Shown here: one piece after another, positions 1 through 12,700 of the stretch
Position numbering within the stretch: the stretch's first letter is position 1
Layout of the letters: every line of letters begins with the position of its first letter
Assembly: GCF_018977255.1 (NCBI RefSeq)
Contig: NW_024704749.1
Location: forward strand, 9,510,972 to 9,550,000
DNA length: 39,029 nt
DNA from: Callorhinchus milii
Lineage: Eukaryota
Reading direction: 5' to 3'
Notes under the pieces: model-generated
Told to the model about the DNA's origin: nothing
The model's input: only the letters and a program-made list of their open reading frames with translations
The model's database searches: none
Translations under genes and position numbers: made by a program

Positions 1-427
1 GCGCTGACGCGGTGCGGTTCTCTCGGCGCTGTTCTCTCAACGCGACCGAAGTCGAATCTCTCCGACGACGACGTTAACCGGAGACACAGCGATGAGCCGC
101 GGCGGCCATGTTGGGGGTTCCGGTCCGGTCCCGGTCCGGGTCCGGGTCCCCGGGGGGAGCGGCGGGTCCCCGCACAAAGGTTCCGCCCGCGAGCGGCGGC
201 CGTTGGGGGGACTCTGCACCCGCCGTCCATCCGGTGTTCCTGACCTGACCACCAGCCGCCTGGACCGGACGCGGCGGTGACCCCGACGACCGCGCGGCAC
301 CGACGGCCCCGGACTGTGCGGTCAACAGCGGAGATCCGGAACCGTCGGCGAGAGTTGAGCGCTCGGCAGCCGAACCGCGGGGAGTGCTGCACCACAGCGG
401 CAACCACTGGGGCAGGAGAGGGACACA
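1..427. promoter_or_regulatory. CpG island, probable SRRD (possibly bidirectional) promoter
   Basis: Very GC/CpG-rich unique sequence about 1 kb upstream of the SRRD ATG; YY1-like GCCATGTT at 105-112. Confidence 0.7.
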
Positions 428-823
428 NNNNNNNNNNNNNNNNNNNNNNNNNNNNNNNNNNNNNNNNNNNNNNNNNNNNNNNNNNNNNNNNNNNNNNNNN
501 NNNNNNNNNNNNNNNNNNNNNNNNNNNNNNNNNNNNNNNNNNNNNNNNNNNNNNNNNNNNNNNNNNNNNNNNNNNNNNNNNNNNNNNNNNNNNNNNNNNN
601 NNNNNNNNNNNNNNNNNNNNNNNNNNNNNNNNNNNNNNNNNNNNNNNNNNNNNNNNNNNNNNNNNNNNNNNNNNNNNNNNNNNNNNNNNNNNNNNNNNNN
701 NNNNNNNNNNNNNNNNNNNNNNNNNNNNNNNNNNNNNNNNNNNNNNNNNNNNNNNNNNNNNNNNNNNNNNNNNNNNNNNNNNNNNNNNNNNNNNNNNNNN
801 NNNNNNNNNNNNNNNNNNNNNNN
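428..823. other. Assembly gap (396 N)
   Basis: Run of N flanked by CA-rich repeat. Confidence 0.99.
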
Positions 824-1220
824 CACACAGTGACACCCACACACACACACACAGTGACACACACACACACACACAGTGACACACACAGTGACACACACCC
901 ACACACAGTGACACACACACAGTGACACACACCCACACACACACACACAGTGACAGACACACACCCACACACACAGAGTGACACACACCCACACACACAG
1001 AGTGACACACACACACACACAGAGTGACACACACCCACAGAGTGACACACACCCACACACACACACACACCCACACACACAGAGTGACAGACAGATACAG
1101 GGAGTAAGAGACACACACACACACATACTAGAGAGAGAGAGACAGACAGACACACATACACAGACAGAAGTACAGGGAGGGACAGACACAGACGTACAGA
1201 GTGAGACACATACACACGAG
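824..1220. repeat. CA-rich micro/minisatellite, (CA)n interrupted by CAGTGA/GAGTGA
   Basis: Direct inspection; source of the spurious VCVC/HTHT ORFs. Confidence 0.95.
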
Positions 1221-1419
1221 GACACGGAGAGAAGAGAAAACAAGTGTTGAAGGTCCCATCGTTGATGCGGATGTGTTAACTGACTGAGGAATCCTCTCCT
1301 GGAGCGTTTGCTGGAGACAGCGAAGGGGATCTGGTGTGACCCAGTCCTGTCCCAAACAGAACCATTTTTACCCTGAAACAGGGAAACCAACCCCGACTCA
1401 ATCAATCGGGGACTGTAAC

Positions 1420-1595
1420 ATGTCTGTCTGCTCAGAGGAGGGGAGAGAATGGAGAACTGTCCAGAAGAAGAAGAAGAAGGGAATGAATAAGAAAAGAAAA
1501 GATAACGTCAAAGACACAAGGGCCATTCTGCTGGAGACAGAGTCGCTGAGTGCGCTTGAGGGACAGAGGATCCGAAGCAAAATAAAAGAATCTGT
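1420..1595 (+). CDS. SRRD: SRRD coding exon 1 ([20 protein letters not shown]...)
   Basis: ATG at 1420; W-x-x-V plus basic tract typical of the SRR1L N-terminus; donor gtgagt at 1596; upstream acceptor at 1380-1381 suggests a non-coding first exon. Confidence 0.85.
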
Positions 1596-4299
1596 GTGAG
1601 TAGTCGGGGGGGGGGGGGGGGGGCGGTTGTCCACCCCAAATGAGAGCACGGAGTCTCTGCTCTCTCGGGTGGAGGTGTCAACCTGCCAAACTCGTGTCAC
1701 GATATCATATTGGATTAAATGAGTAGGATACGGTGTGCTGGGGAGCGCTGTGGGGGAGGGATGGTGGGGTGTGCTGGGTGAGGAGGATACCTGGTGCTAC
1801 CCTCACATCTGACAGCTGCAAAGATGAACAGTTCAAGACGACTGACCGTGACCTGTGAAATCTGTGCTGCAGGGAGGAGCTGCGGGGGTCAGAGTTCGGA
1901 GCAGCTTGCCTCGGTAAGTTAACACGTCTAAAATGGTTCGACATCCCCTCGAGTTTTCCGTCAGCCCTCGCCTTCTGACCGCAACTGCGTTTCAGAAACC
2001 ATCGGCAGAAGCTTGAGGGAGAATCTCGGCGGGTTGGAGAGCAGCAGGCCCTGCCCTGAGGCTGGTGGGGGAGTCGCACACCTGGTCTGTCCTGTGCCGC
2101 AGGATGTGGAGACGGACAGTGTGGAGCCTGGGGGAGACCCACTGGACTGCGTGTGTTACGGAATCGGAAACTTCTCTACCTCGGTGACCTCTCGCTATCA
2201 GCTCGCTCTGCTCCTCCTGCTCCTGGAGTCCTTACAGGTGAGAGCACTCAGGACAAAACACCATCGTTCGCACCGGGCCTGTGACAGCAAATGTTGCATG
2301 GAAGCAACGGAAATTCTTTTTTGAAGGGGAATTAGATTGTCGAAAAGGAGAGACGTCAAAGCAGTAAGCAGGAGAGTGGCATTGCACTAAGTGGTTCACC
2401 TGGACTTGAATGGCTTGTTTCTGTCACACTGTGGGTAACCCCCCCCCCCCCCACCCCCCCCAACCGCTGGAGGGCACTGGTGTCAAATCACCAACGCTGC
2501 AGCAGTGGGCCCCCGTTCTCACTCACTCCGTAGAAACACTCCATAAAGGGTTAGTGTTAACATGTTATTCCCTTTCAAGAACAAAAAGCCTCACATCGCA
2601 TTGTAGCTGAAAGATGTACTCGTTTAGGTCTTATACAGACCAGTACAAGACCGAAACCTGATGAAGTACTCTTGACCTCCCTAATCCACAGGACAGAAAC
2701 AAGCCATTCAGCCGTCAAGTCTGCGTGCGGGGGTGGGCACCAATCTCTTCAAACACAATAAAGCTCGGTGACCGCTGTTGACAGGAACGCTGGGCTGTGC
2801 TGAGCTCCTCCATCTGACCCCATCACTTCCTGTCGTCGTAGTTTTGTTTGGAAAACACTGAGTTTTGAACAGCACTTTCCTGTATGACAGGTCCCCAGAG
2901 CTCGCTGCCTTCTCTTTGATCCTTTGTTCAGTGAGTGGGAGAGAGAATTCCTGAGGGAGCTCGGGATGACAGTGCTGAAAGACAACGAGGTGAGAGTTCG
3001 GTGACGGGAGTTTGTTTATTCCTTCGGGAGACCAGCTGCAGTTTGTTCCCAATAGTCAGCACTTGCTCTTATACAGTGTCTCACTGAGGATGAACCACTT
3101 TATGACAATAGGAATGAAACAGGGAAAGTTTGAGCACATTTACCATAGACACAGTCAGAGATAAGAGTGACCTGAAGTGAGAGAGAGGGAGAAATGAAGC
3201 AAAGGGATTTGGGAAGAACTGTTGAAAGCAGAGTAAGTGTCTTAGGAAACCGTCCCTCTACCTTTGTGTGATGCCCTTGTTCACCTGTGAGCTGATCTGA
3301 AGCTTGGCTCAGTTTCTTGTGGTTACTGGAGTTTTTGTTTCACCAGGAGGGGAAGCGAGCTGTGGACAGACCCACACTCTTCTACATGATTCACTGTGGT
3401 AAAGCTCTGTACAACAACTTGCTGTGGAGAAACTGGTCGCCAGGGCGGTTGGCGCAGATCACACTGATTGGAAACAGTTTTAAAGGGATTGAAGAGAGGT
3501 AAGAGGAGCAGCAGCTCCGGTCAATCCCAGGGGATGTTGTTGCAGGTTTGTAGGTGTGCGTTTGGGGCAACCGTTCTTCTCAGACGTGGGTTTGTGTTTT
3601 ACAGATTGCCATCTCGGACACTGCAGAGCGAGTACACCTGCATCGCACACGTATCCTTCAGTGAAGTGAGAGAAAACTATTGAGATGAGAAATATTACCA
3701 TTAAGTTTAGGGAGAGTTGGCAGTTGAGAGTATAAACGATCTTGCACATTCCAGCTGGATTGGGAACAGAAACCTCTTCTGTTCCGTTCCTCTCACCTCA
3801 TTTCGGCAACAACAATTTGTATTTATAGAGTGCTTGTGGGTAGGGTCTTAGAGCACTTAAAACAGCAGCATATCCATCTCCAAAGTCAGTACAAACCAGG
3901 GTGGATATGTATAGATATGTGTATTATATATATATATATATATTTACACACACACACATCAGGGCAAATCTTCAGTTAAGGTTGGGTAAATGCTGTGTTG
4001 CCTGCTTTGGGTGTTGCAATGTGACTATTTCTGTACATTGTGGGTACTTGGGAATTAAACTCTTAACCCCCACTTGTCAGATTTTGGACATAACTGAAGA
4101 ATGCGCTCTACCTGCCAGCTCCAGGTACATGGATGTCTTCAACGACACTTCCCTTCATCACTTTCCCAGGGACAAACTGAATGTGAAACCTCCAGTATTC
4201 TGGGATGTTCCTGCCGAACCCACGTACCAGGAGTGTGAGGACCTGGAAATAATTCGGAACCTCGTGATCACAGAGACGGACCAGAGTGGAGTTAAATAA
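1420..4299 (+). CDS. SRRD: SRR1-like protein (SRRD), whole spliced gene, 7 coding exons, about 324 aa
   Basis: join(1420-1595,1873-1913,1996-2237,2891-2989,3347-3498,3605-3650,4081-4299) = 975 nt with consistent phases. SRR1-domain motifs: [55 protein letters not shown]. Confidence 0.95.
1873..1913 (+). CDS. SRRD: SRRD coding exon 2 ([13 protein letters not shown])
   Basis: tgcag acceptor, gtaagt donor, phase 2->1 links its neighbours. Confidence 0.88.
1996..2237 (+). CDS. SRRD: SRRD coding exon 3
   Basis: ttcag acceptor, CVCYGIGNF...[15 protein letters not shown], gtgaga donor. Confidence 0.93.
2891..2989 (+). CDS. SRRD: SRRD coding exon 4 ([17 protein letters not shown]...DNE)
   Basis: gacag acceptor, gtgaga donor, 99 nt phase 0. 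Confidence 0.93.
3347..3498 (+). CDS. SRRD: SRRD coding exon 5 (EGKR...[12 protein letters not shown]...GNSF)
   Basis: caccag acceptor, gtaaga donor, core SRR1 motif. Confidence 0.95.
3605..3650 (+). CDS. SRRD: SRRD coding exon 6 ([15 protein letters not shown])
   Basis: ttacag acceptor, U12-type donor gtatcctt. Confidence 0.9.
3651..4080 (+). other. U12-type (minor spliceosome) GT-AG intron of SRRD
   Basis: 5' splice site GTATCCTT; branch site TCTTAAC at 4061-4067, about 14 nt from the terminal AG. Confidence 0.9.
4081..4299 (+). CDS. SRRD: SRRD terminal coding exon 7
   Basis: [11 protein letters not shown]...[12 protein letters not shown]...[16 protein letters not shown] at 4297-4299. 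Confidence 0.93.
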   Translation: MLDITEECALPASSRYMDVFNDTSLHHFPRDKLNVKPPVFWDVPAEPTYQECEDLEIIRNLVITETDQSGVK

Positions 4300-4562
4300 G
4301 TTCAGTGTGGGTGTCTGCTGGGTTCAGCCTTTCACACACACAGGGAGCGGAGGGTGTCTCGTGGTTTGGGATCACCACCCGCTGCACAGAGGATCCTCCT
4401 GGATGTTAAGCTGTGGGAGCGGCTGGTTTTGCAGGGTTTGAGGAAGTGAAGATTGCTGATGATGATAATCTTGCATTTGCTGTAACGCCTTATCACATCT
4501 TTGAGATGTGTCACAGGTTATACTGTAAAGTGAATTGACTGCATTTGGACAGTTTGTCACCT

Positions 4563-4571
4563 TTTATTAAA
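4563..4571. terminator. Overlapping poly(A) signals: ATTAAA (+, 4566-4571) and AATAAA (-, 4563-4568)
   Basis: TTTATTAAA lies between the convergent SRRD and CLUH-like stop codons; alternative + AATAAA at 4699-4704. Confidence 0.55.
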
Positions 4572-5950
4572 GGAACACCCATTACCCATACAATACTGCG
4601 TTAAAAACAACTTCCAGAGAAAACTTTCGATACAAACAACTAAAGTCACACTTGGGCTTATAGAACCTGCAGCCACAGCAAGAGGACAGTCGCAGAAAAA
4701 TAAAACCAGTTTGAAAACATGATTCGGTTGGACTTTTGTACATTTGTTCAGTCAGGACCGAGCAATAAGATGTGTTTGTTTAGATGGGGGTAAATCAAAG
4801 GGATGTGAGCCTGCACCAGTGTCTCATAGTAGCTTCTGATCTCTCCCTCAGCCATCAGTAAGCACGGCCTTGGTGGCAGGTTTTGGACAGTAAAGTTTCC
4901 AGTGCAGAGGAAGAAGGGTGGTTTGTTGAGCGGAGGCAGACTGCAGGCAGGTCAATACTCACTCCACACACATTTGCTGAATTTCCCCATCCTCTTGCTT
5001 GTTTTTGTCATGGTGGGGGGACAGGGATCCAGCAACTCACAGCTTCAGTATCTGGCTGTTCACCAGCTTTTAACCTTGAAGACAGAGAACTCAACAACAA
5101 CTTCCATTCGTAACAGCGCCTCATGCAGGGTAGCGTCCCAGAGCGCTTGACCCAATCATGACCCAGTGAAACAATCACCAGGATAAAAGTTTCATTACAA
5201 AAAAAGGTATAAATCGGAAAAAAAAAAGTTCCAAGCGGGAAAGGGTGTGGAAAGAGTGAGGTTTTGAGGAGGCCTCCTCCCTGCCCTGCCTCAGACTCCG
5301 GTCCGGTACAACAGGTGGAATATGAGGTGAAAAATGGGGATTCCTCGTGCCTGCACGATTCCATTTGTTCACTCACGAGACTGACACCAAACAGTGAGAT
5401 GTGAGAATCACTATCTAGTGAGAGTGAGGAAAACTAGTGTCTTATATACAGTTGCTGTACCAGTGAGGGAGCTGCAAACAAGGCAGTGAGGGAAGGGTAT
5501 GTGGGAGTGCTCTGAGACACTACCTTTACGTAAATGCAAGTTGTTGAGTGTTACAATGTGAGGTTTTTTGAATGTTACAGTGAAGCGCGTGTGTGAGTGT
5601 AAAATAACCCAAAGCTCACGACCATTTCAAATTGGAAACTAAATAAGAGCATCGAGTTGTAAACATTAAGGTACAATTAATGGAGGTCGAATGGTGTCAG
5701 CAACGGGCTGTTTGTTAGGCCAGGTCCCAGTGGAGGGTTATAGGGAGGAATATGTGCCAACCCCGACCTAAGCACAGACCTAGAGGGGAAGGGATCTGCC
5801 CCTTTCCCTCCAACAGTAGAAAAGCCACCCTTGCCAGACCCAGGTCAAGTCAACACTTAGTTACCCCACACAATACAAATTCAACCACTCTCCAAACAAT
5901 GAAGTGTTGTCAGAAGCCATTGCAGCACATTCAGAATTAAAGCCACCAAG

Positions 5951-6743
5951 TTACAGAGCATTCTGTCCCAACTCAACTTTGCTCTCAGCCACACCTACAG
6001 CCACACCCTCACTCACTGCCACACCTCCAGCCACACCCTCACGTATGGCCACATCTCCAGCCACACCCTCACTCACAGCCACACCCTCACGTATGGCCAC
6101 ATCTCCAGCCACACCCTCACTCACAGCCACACCCTTACTTATGGCCACGCCTCCAGCCACACCCTCACACACAGCCACACCTCCAGCCACACCCTCACCC
6201 ATGGCCACACCTCCAACCACACCCTCACTCACAGCCACACCTCCAGCCACACCCTCACTTATGGCCACACCACCAGCCACACCCTCACTCACAGCCACAC
6301 TCTTACTTATGGCCATGCCTACAGCCAAACCCTCACTCACAGCCACACTCTCACTCACGGCCACACCTCCAGCCACACCCTCATTCACAGCCACACCTTC
6401 ACTCACAGCCACGCCTCCAGTCACACTCTCACTCCCAACCACACCCTCACTCATGGCCACGCCTCCAGCCATAGCCTCATTCACGGCCACGCTCCCAGTC
6501 ACACTCTCACTACTGGCTACGTCCCCGGTCTCTCCGCCAGCTGAAGGCTGGTTTTCAGTGAGGGCTTTGGTGCCATTAGCAAGCTCCCTCAGAGCTGCAA
6601 TCTGCGTGATCATTGTCGAGCTGCTCGTCCCACTAGCACCCGCAGCCTTCAGTCGCTGGGTCATCTCGGCCTCGGCCCGAATCAGCTGTTTTATCCTCTG
6701 CGCCGTTTTCTCCAACTGGAATTTTCTTTCTGCTTCAGGATCA
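5951..6743 (-). CDS. CLUH: CLUH-like terminal exon 26 with repeat-encoded tail
   Basis: tttcag acceptor in the correct phase 2; open frame through the minisatellite to TAA. Confidence 0.8.
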
Positions 6744-9700
6744 CTGAAACACACAATAGAGCAGTGAGATCAGCAGCCAAAGGAGGGATTTCGCAAACTG
6801 ACAAACCTGTGTATTGGGATGGGATGCGCACTCTCTCCCTGGAGTTACAGTGAGGGGTATAGAATAATAATCCTTGCATTTGGTATAGCGTCTTATGTTG
6901 AGACGTCTCAAAGCGAATATACTGAATAGAGAATATACTGTAAAGTTAACTGACTATTTTGGGGGTGAAACTCTGCAGTCAATTGCGCACAGCATTGTCC
7001 CACAAACAATCGCGGATTGAGTGACCAAATTATTTATTTTGAAGGGATTATTATCCCGGTAAAGCGATCTGCCAATTGACGAACAACTAGGTTCCTACTT
7101 ACTGCTAGGTAAACAGAAGCTTGTGGAGTAAGGAAACTTGCCCAAGGTTACACCCTGCCCGGGAGTCGAATCTGTGTCCTCTCGTTTGCGAGGCGAGTGC
7201 TCTAACCACTACAGGACTCCACAAATATCAGAGAGGTTTACAGCGAAGGGTTTGGGGTATATTCTGGGGCAGGGTTACCTGACGGGAAGGATGGAAACTC
7301 CATTGATGGTGTTTAGCTGCTCCAGCATTGTGTCAATACTCGGGGGGGTGATCTGCAAAGCAAACCATGGAGTGTTAGTGACACACAATGCGCCAGCAGC
7401 CAATACTCCAAACACCAAAATATCACTGTGACCCTCTTTTACCCCTACCCCGTGCACACGATAACAACCAAGGTTCAGGTTTCCGTTCCGCTTAATGAGG
7501 CTCAACACTCAAGTCCTGAAATGCAATCCAGTCTTTATCCGGGTGAAGATATGTAAAACGAAGAGCCAATGTGGCTGTGAAGAGCTCATGCCTTTACTCA
7601 CATTCTGCTCCTCTGGTTTAACCTCTGACGACTGGAAACTACAAGCAGCAAATTAGACAAGAGTCTGTGATGTGGGTGTCTGAAACCCGGTCGCTGGAGG
7701 AGCCAGGATTTCTCTCTGTACAGCCGCTTCTGTGAACAGAACACTGAGTAGCCAGCCCTCGCTCTGACACTGACCTGCACCAGCGGGAGGTTGGTGTTGG
7801 TGTTGGAGCCGGAACCATTCTGGTAGATCTCATTCATGGTTCTCTGTAGGTTCACTGCTTGCTGGGTGACGTGTTTCAGGAACTCGGAGCTCACTCTGGT
7901 CTGCTGGTGACTCTCACCGAGCTGGTTTGCAAGGAAACGGATGCGTTCGGTCAACAACAACTTGTATTTATACAACGTCCCCCCACGTGGCGTAGCGTCC
8001 CAGAGCACTTAAAGCTACACTGCTTGAGGGGTACTACATAAATACAAGTTCCCATTAAATATTGGACGGTCTACCCTTCCACAGACCTGGGCTCGGTAGA
8101 TGGTGTATGTCTCCTTCTCGTGCTGCATAGCTGTGCGGAACTCGGCTTTGCTGGCGCACACCTGAGCCAGGAGGTGGTAGCTGGTCAGTGCAAGAGAAAA
8201 CTCATTAGACAGAAGCAGAATCCAACTGATTGGCTGTAAAACACAATCCACAGACTACACTACACGGCCTGAGAGTACAGACTGCAGCACCTGGAGGGAG
8301 GGGTGACAGTCGGGGGGAAGGGAGGGGTTTTGAAGAAGGTGGGGGAGGAGGGGAGGTTGACGATGGTACCTGAGCGCAGTCTGCAGCGACTGGAGCCCGA
8401 AATACTTGAGGTTTATCTCGAGAGCTTTCTGCAGGAACCGAAGAGCGAGATCACACTCCAGCACAGCCTGCAGTACCAGCCCGATGCTGCTCTGTGGGCA
8501 CAAGACATAGTGAATTAGATCTTCCTCCAGAAGTCAGACAGCGAAACACCCACTGACACCACAAACAGTTTTCACATGCACAAACATACTGCAAAGATCT
8601 CCCCATGTACACACACACATACACAATGCACAGACACATGCGCGCACACACACATCCTGACGCCCCACCCTGTCCACACATACATTTAAAGCCAACAGTT
8701 AAACACTTACATCCAGCACTGCCATGGCAGGGTGGTCCTCTCCACTCACGGTGAGCGTCAGGTAGCGAGCACGGTACAGCAGCTTGAGAGCCACACACAC
8801 CTGGCTGTTGGCGAAGGAGTACAGAGCCAGGCTGATCTGTGAAGAGAGGAGCGTGGTCAGCAGTGACTGAGCAACGGAACACAAGACCTCAGTGATGGAC
8901 GGATTAACCGAGTCGACCAGACAAACCGATCCCACTGACACGAGTGTTTATACGCGAGGGATGAACCGGAAAACTTGGAATGTAAGAACGGAATGAGAGT
9001 GGGAGAGACTCACGTATTCCTGGGTGGTCCTTGGATGGTCAAAGCCCCGGGTTCGCTCGCTCATGATCACAGTTTTCTGTTGGTGGTTCACAGCCTGTGT
9101 AGACACAAGAGCAAAGGTTTGTACAGCACAATATACAGCACAGAGATTCGCTTCCTACGGAGAAGCAGCTATCAAGGTTTTTGGGGAGATGTGTGTATGT
9201 GTGTGTGGAGAGGCCATCAAATCCTAAACAGTACAAACATTTCCCTCAATACATGGAATCGACACACAGAACTCGTGTAACAGGCGGCCTGGGCTGCTGA
9301 GCAAGACTCTCGGGGAGGGGAAGTTAAGAATCTGTCGCGGTCATTCGTCAGGGAGACCTAGACACTCCAAGCTACCCAGTGTCTCAGGCGAGGCCTCACC
9401 TCGGAAACGTCTCCCTTCAGGTAGCGGAGCCGGGCGAGTAGGTGTAGAGCATCACACATGTCCGGGTGCATGGCTCCGTACACATTGTTAAACTGATTCA
9501 AAGCTTCAGTCAGCAGCTCAAAGCCTTCTGTGAGATTGCCTGTAAACAGAGAAACGCTTGCGGTCAGTGTGTGAGGGAACAAGCTCTGGGAGGCTGCTCC
9601 AATGTGAGAGGCGCTATATAAATGTAAGTTGTAAGAACAAAACCACAAGTGGTCAGGATTATAATAAATATACTACTAATTATAATAAATATACTACTAA

Positions 9701-12700
9701 TTATAATAAATATACTAATTATAATATACTAATTATAATAAATATACTTATTACAATAATATACTACTAATTATAATAAATATACTACTAATTATAATAA
9801 ATATACGACTAATTATAATAATAAACATATGACTAATTATATTACTAATAATTACAAGACTTGCATTTGATACAGTGCCTTTCATGTTGGGAGAACATCT
9901 CAAAGCTCTTCATAGTATTTACTGTGAAGTGTAGTGACTGGTATTTTACAGGTGAATGCAGCAGCCGGTTTGAGCACAGCAATGTCCCACAAACTGCTTT
10001 CCCAGACATGGTCTAAAATAGGTGAACTCGGGAGGTGTAACTGAGCCATACGAGCTCCTCAATCACTGGGTTGACACTGGCTGGGAGCAGCCCGTCTCTG
10101 ACACCCTGCTCACGGGAGGTTACCCACCTTTCTCCACCTTCTCTTTTGCGCTCTGATAAATGCGCTCGCCATCCGTGGCCCTCACGCTGACGTGCTTGGC
10201 CACGGGGAAGATGTTAAGGACGTCTTCCTCTGTGAAGGTTGGCTTGTGGCGGCTGTCAAAGCTGTAGTCTCGCAGCAGAATCTGAAGGTTTCCAAGAGAG
10301 GAATGAGCAAGGAATGGACAGCAGCAAATGGCTGCGTGGTGTGCACGTTTCTGCATTTCGGTGTGTGTGTATTTGTGTGTGCATATGCACATTTCTGCCC
10401 TGGTTGTTGTAACTGTGTGCAAATACGTGTCTGTTTTCTGCCAGCATGTTTCTGCTAGTGTATGTGTGTGTGTGTGTGTGTGTATGTGCGCGCGTGTATA
10501 TATATATTATATGTTCCGCTGTGTGGGCATGTGTGCGCATGTGTGTCTGTGCCCGCTGTGTGTGTACGCGAGTGCATATGTTTGTTTATATCTGTGCATC
10601 TCTGTGTTTGTGTTCTGAAGGGCAGCACCTGGATTCCAGCCTTAATACAGAATTCCCGGAGAAGAGACACCTTCTGGAATCCGAACCGCTCAACAGCCTG
10701 ATCGATCCCATCACTGAAACACCAACATCATCATCAGCAGGCAGCAGAGAAAGGGAAATAAGCCTTGTATTTGAAGCAACCCCTACAGTGTTGAAAAGGC
10801 TTCGCAGACAATTGTCAAAAGTGTAGTCCTACAATCAGCCATGAAATGAATGATTAATTTTATGAGAAGTACTGCTGGCCAAGACATTGTTAAATTCCCT
10901 TCTCTTTTCAAATAGCACCATGTGAACTTTAACGTCCACCCAAATAGGTGGACAGGACCGAAGTTTGATGTCTCATTCAGACGGCACCAAAAGCAATGGG
11001 AGTGCCCCACTCAACACTCCACTAGAATCTCTGTGCCTCACAGGAAAATGTGCCTTTCACAGTGCCGTGACCAAGTGCTTGGAAGGCGCTATATAAGTGC
11101 AAGTTGTTGTTGTTGGAGGTTCAGAGTGGGTGATGAAAAGGGTGGAGGATACGTGTAAGGGCATGGGGGGACGGGGGGCGGTGGAAAACCAAGGGAAAAT
11201 GTGACTCGAGCCAGGACCTACCATGCCAGTGTGTAGTTGAAGCACTCACTGGCCTCGCTGTTTATGTGCCTCCACAGCTCACAGGGCGCCAGGCTGCTCC
11301 AAGCTGTGTCAACCGCCCCAGGGCTCCGCAGCTTCCGCTTGCTCTTTTTCCTGCGAGACACAAGTTCATCGGGGGGCAAGTGGGCGACGGGATTGGGGTA
11401 GGAGCTGAGCAGACAGTTCAGGAAGCGACTGACCGCAGATGACAGCCCTGACATCTCCACGCCCTGGGGAAAGAGAAAACAAAATCCTTCCAACATGGAG
11501 ACAACAGCCACAATGCTATAGCCCACCACCATGTGGCACTGTCCTACCTCTGCCTGCTTGGCGAGAGAATCTAGTAATAATCCTTACGTTTGCTGTAGCT
11601 CATTACATTTTTAAGACTTGACCAAGCATTTCAGACCTCGATTTTGTATCTCATCTAAAGGATGGCACCTCAGACAATACAACGCTCCCCCAGCGTTGCG
11701 CTGGAATGCCAACCTTGACTATGATATGAGCTCAAAGTCCCAACTTGAGGTTTGGGGTGCGGTGGGTGGGGGGGTAACGCAAGGGGAAGAGAGGTTACCT
11801 GGAGGTAGGTGGTGAGGATGTGAGTGGCAGCCCGGGTGATGACCTCACTGACCAGCAGCCTCTGTCGACAGACAACAAACGTTCAGCGTTTCAGCATATG
11901 GAAATCTGCTCAAAGGTTCAAACCGGAAACTCGAGGTGTGCGGGCAATAATAACAAAGCCCAGCCGGGGCCAGTACCCACACGACTCACCATAATGTGAT
12001 CCAGTCGTTGCCTCTCCTCTGATTGACTGACCAGCTGCGCTATGGTGCCGATGTATCGGATATTGATCCCGCGCCGGTGTAAGGCGTCCGTCATGGTCAC
12101 TCCGTCGGCCGGCACAACCTTGTGCCTCAGGCAGTCTGTGATCTGGAGATCGGGGAAGAGAGCTCAGACCCTACTTTACACATTAAAACCTCATTCTCTC
12201 TCTCTCCAGTTCTCGACTTCATTCTCTTTTGGTGAGTCAGCCCTTGCCCTGGCCCCCACCCCACCGCGTGGTACACTGGCGATCCACCCCACCAGGCAAC
12301 ACCTCCCCTCCCCCCCCCACACACACGCACAGCCTTGCCCACACCCCCCCACCCTCCCCCGCCGAGTTCACAAAAAAACAAACAATGACGTACGAAGCTG
12401 GGGATCTGCTCTGCCACCAGGAAGGCTGCAGCGTCTCTGAGCAAACGCTTCTGGATCACAATCGCCTCGTTCTCCAACTCGTGGAATCTCACACCTGCAA
12501 ACAAATCCCGTTCGGTTACAGCCCCGCTACACCAGCACCACACATTCCCATGGCACCAGCCCACACACCTGCCTTCAGCACCCACACCGCACCAAATTCA
12601 GTCTTGATGTTATTTCACAAATTCCTATTAAGATCTGGAACATTGGCGTGACCAGATGGTGCAAGGACAGACACCGTTGGAACTCGCCCCTTAACCACCT

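Noticed and set aside
74-1405. Long Cys/Val-rich and His/Thr-rich ORFs
   Set aside because: Artefacts of the CA repeat and the N gap
5904-6767. 287-aa Thr/Pro/Ala mucin-like ORF on +
   Set aside because: Antisense shadow of the CLUH-like terminal exon minisatellite; starts at TTG, not ATG
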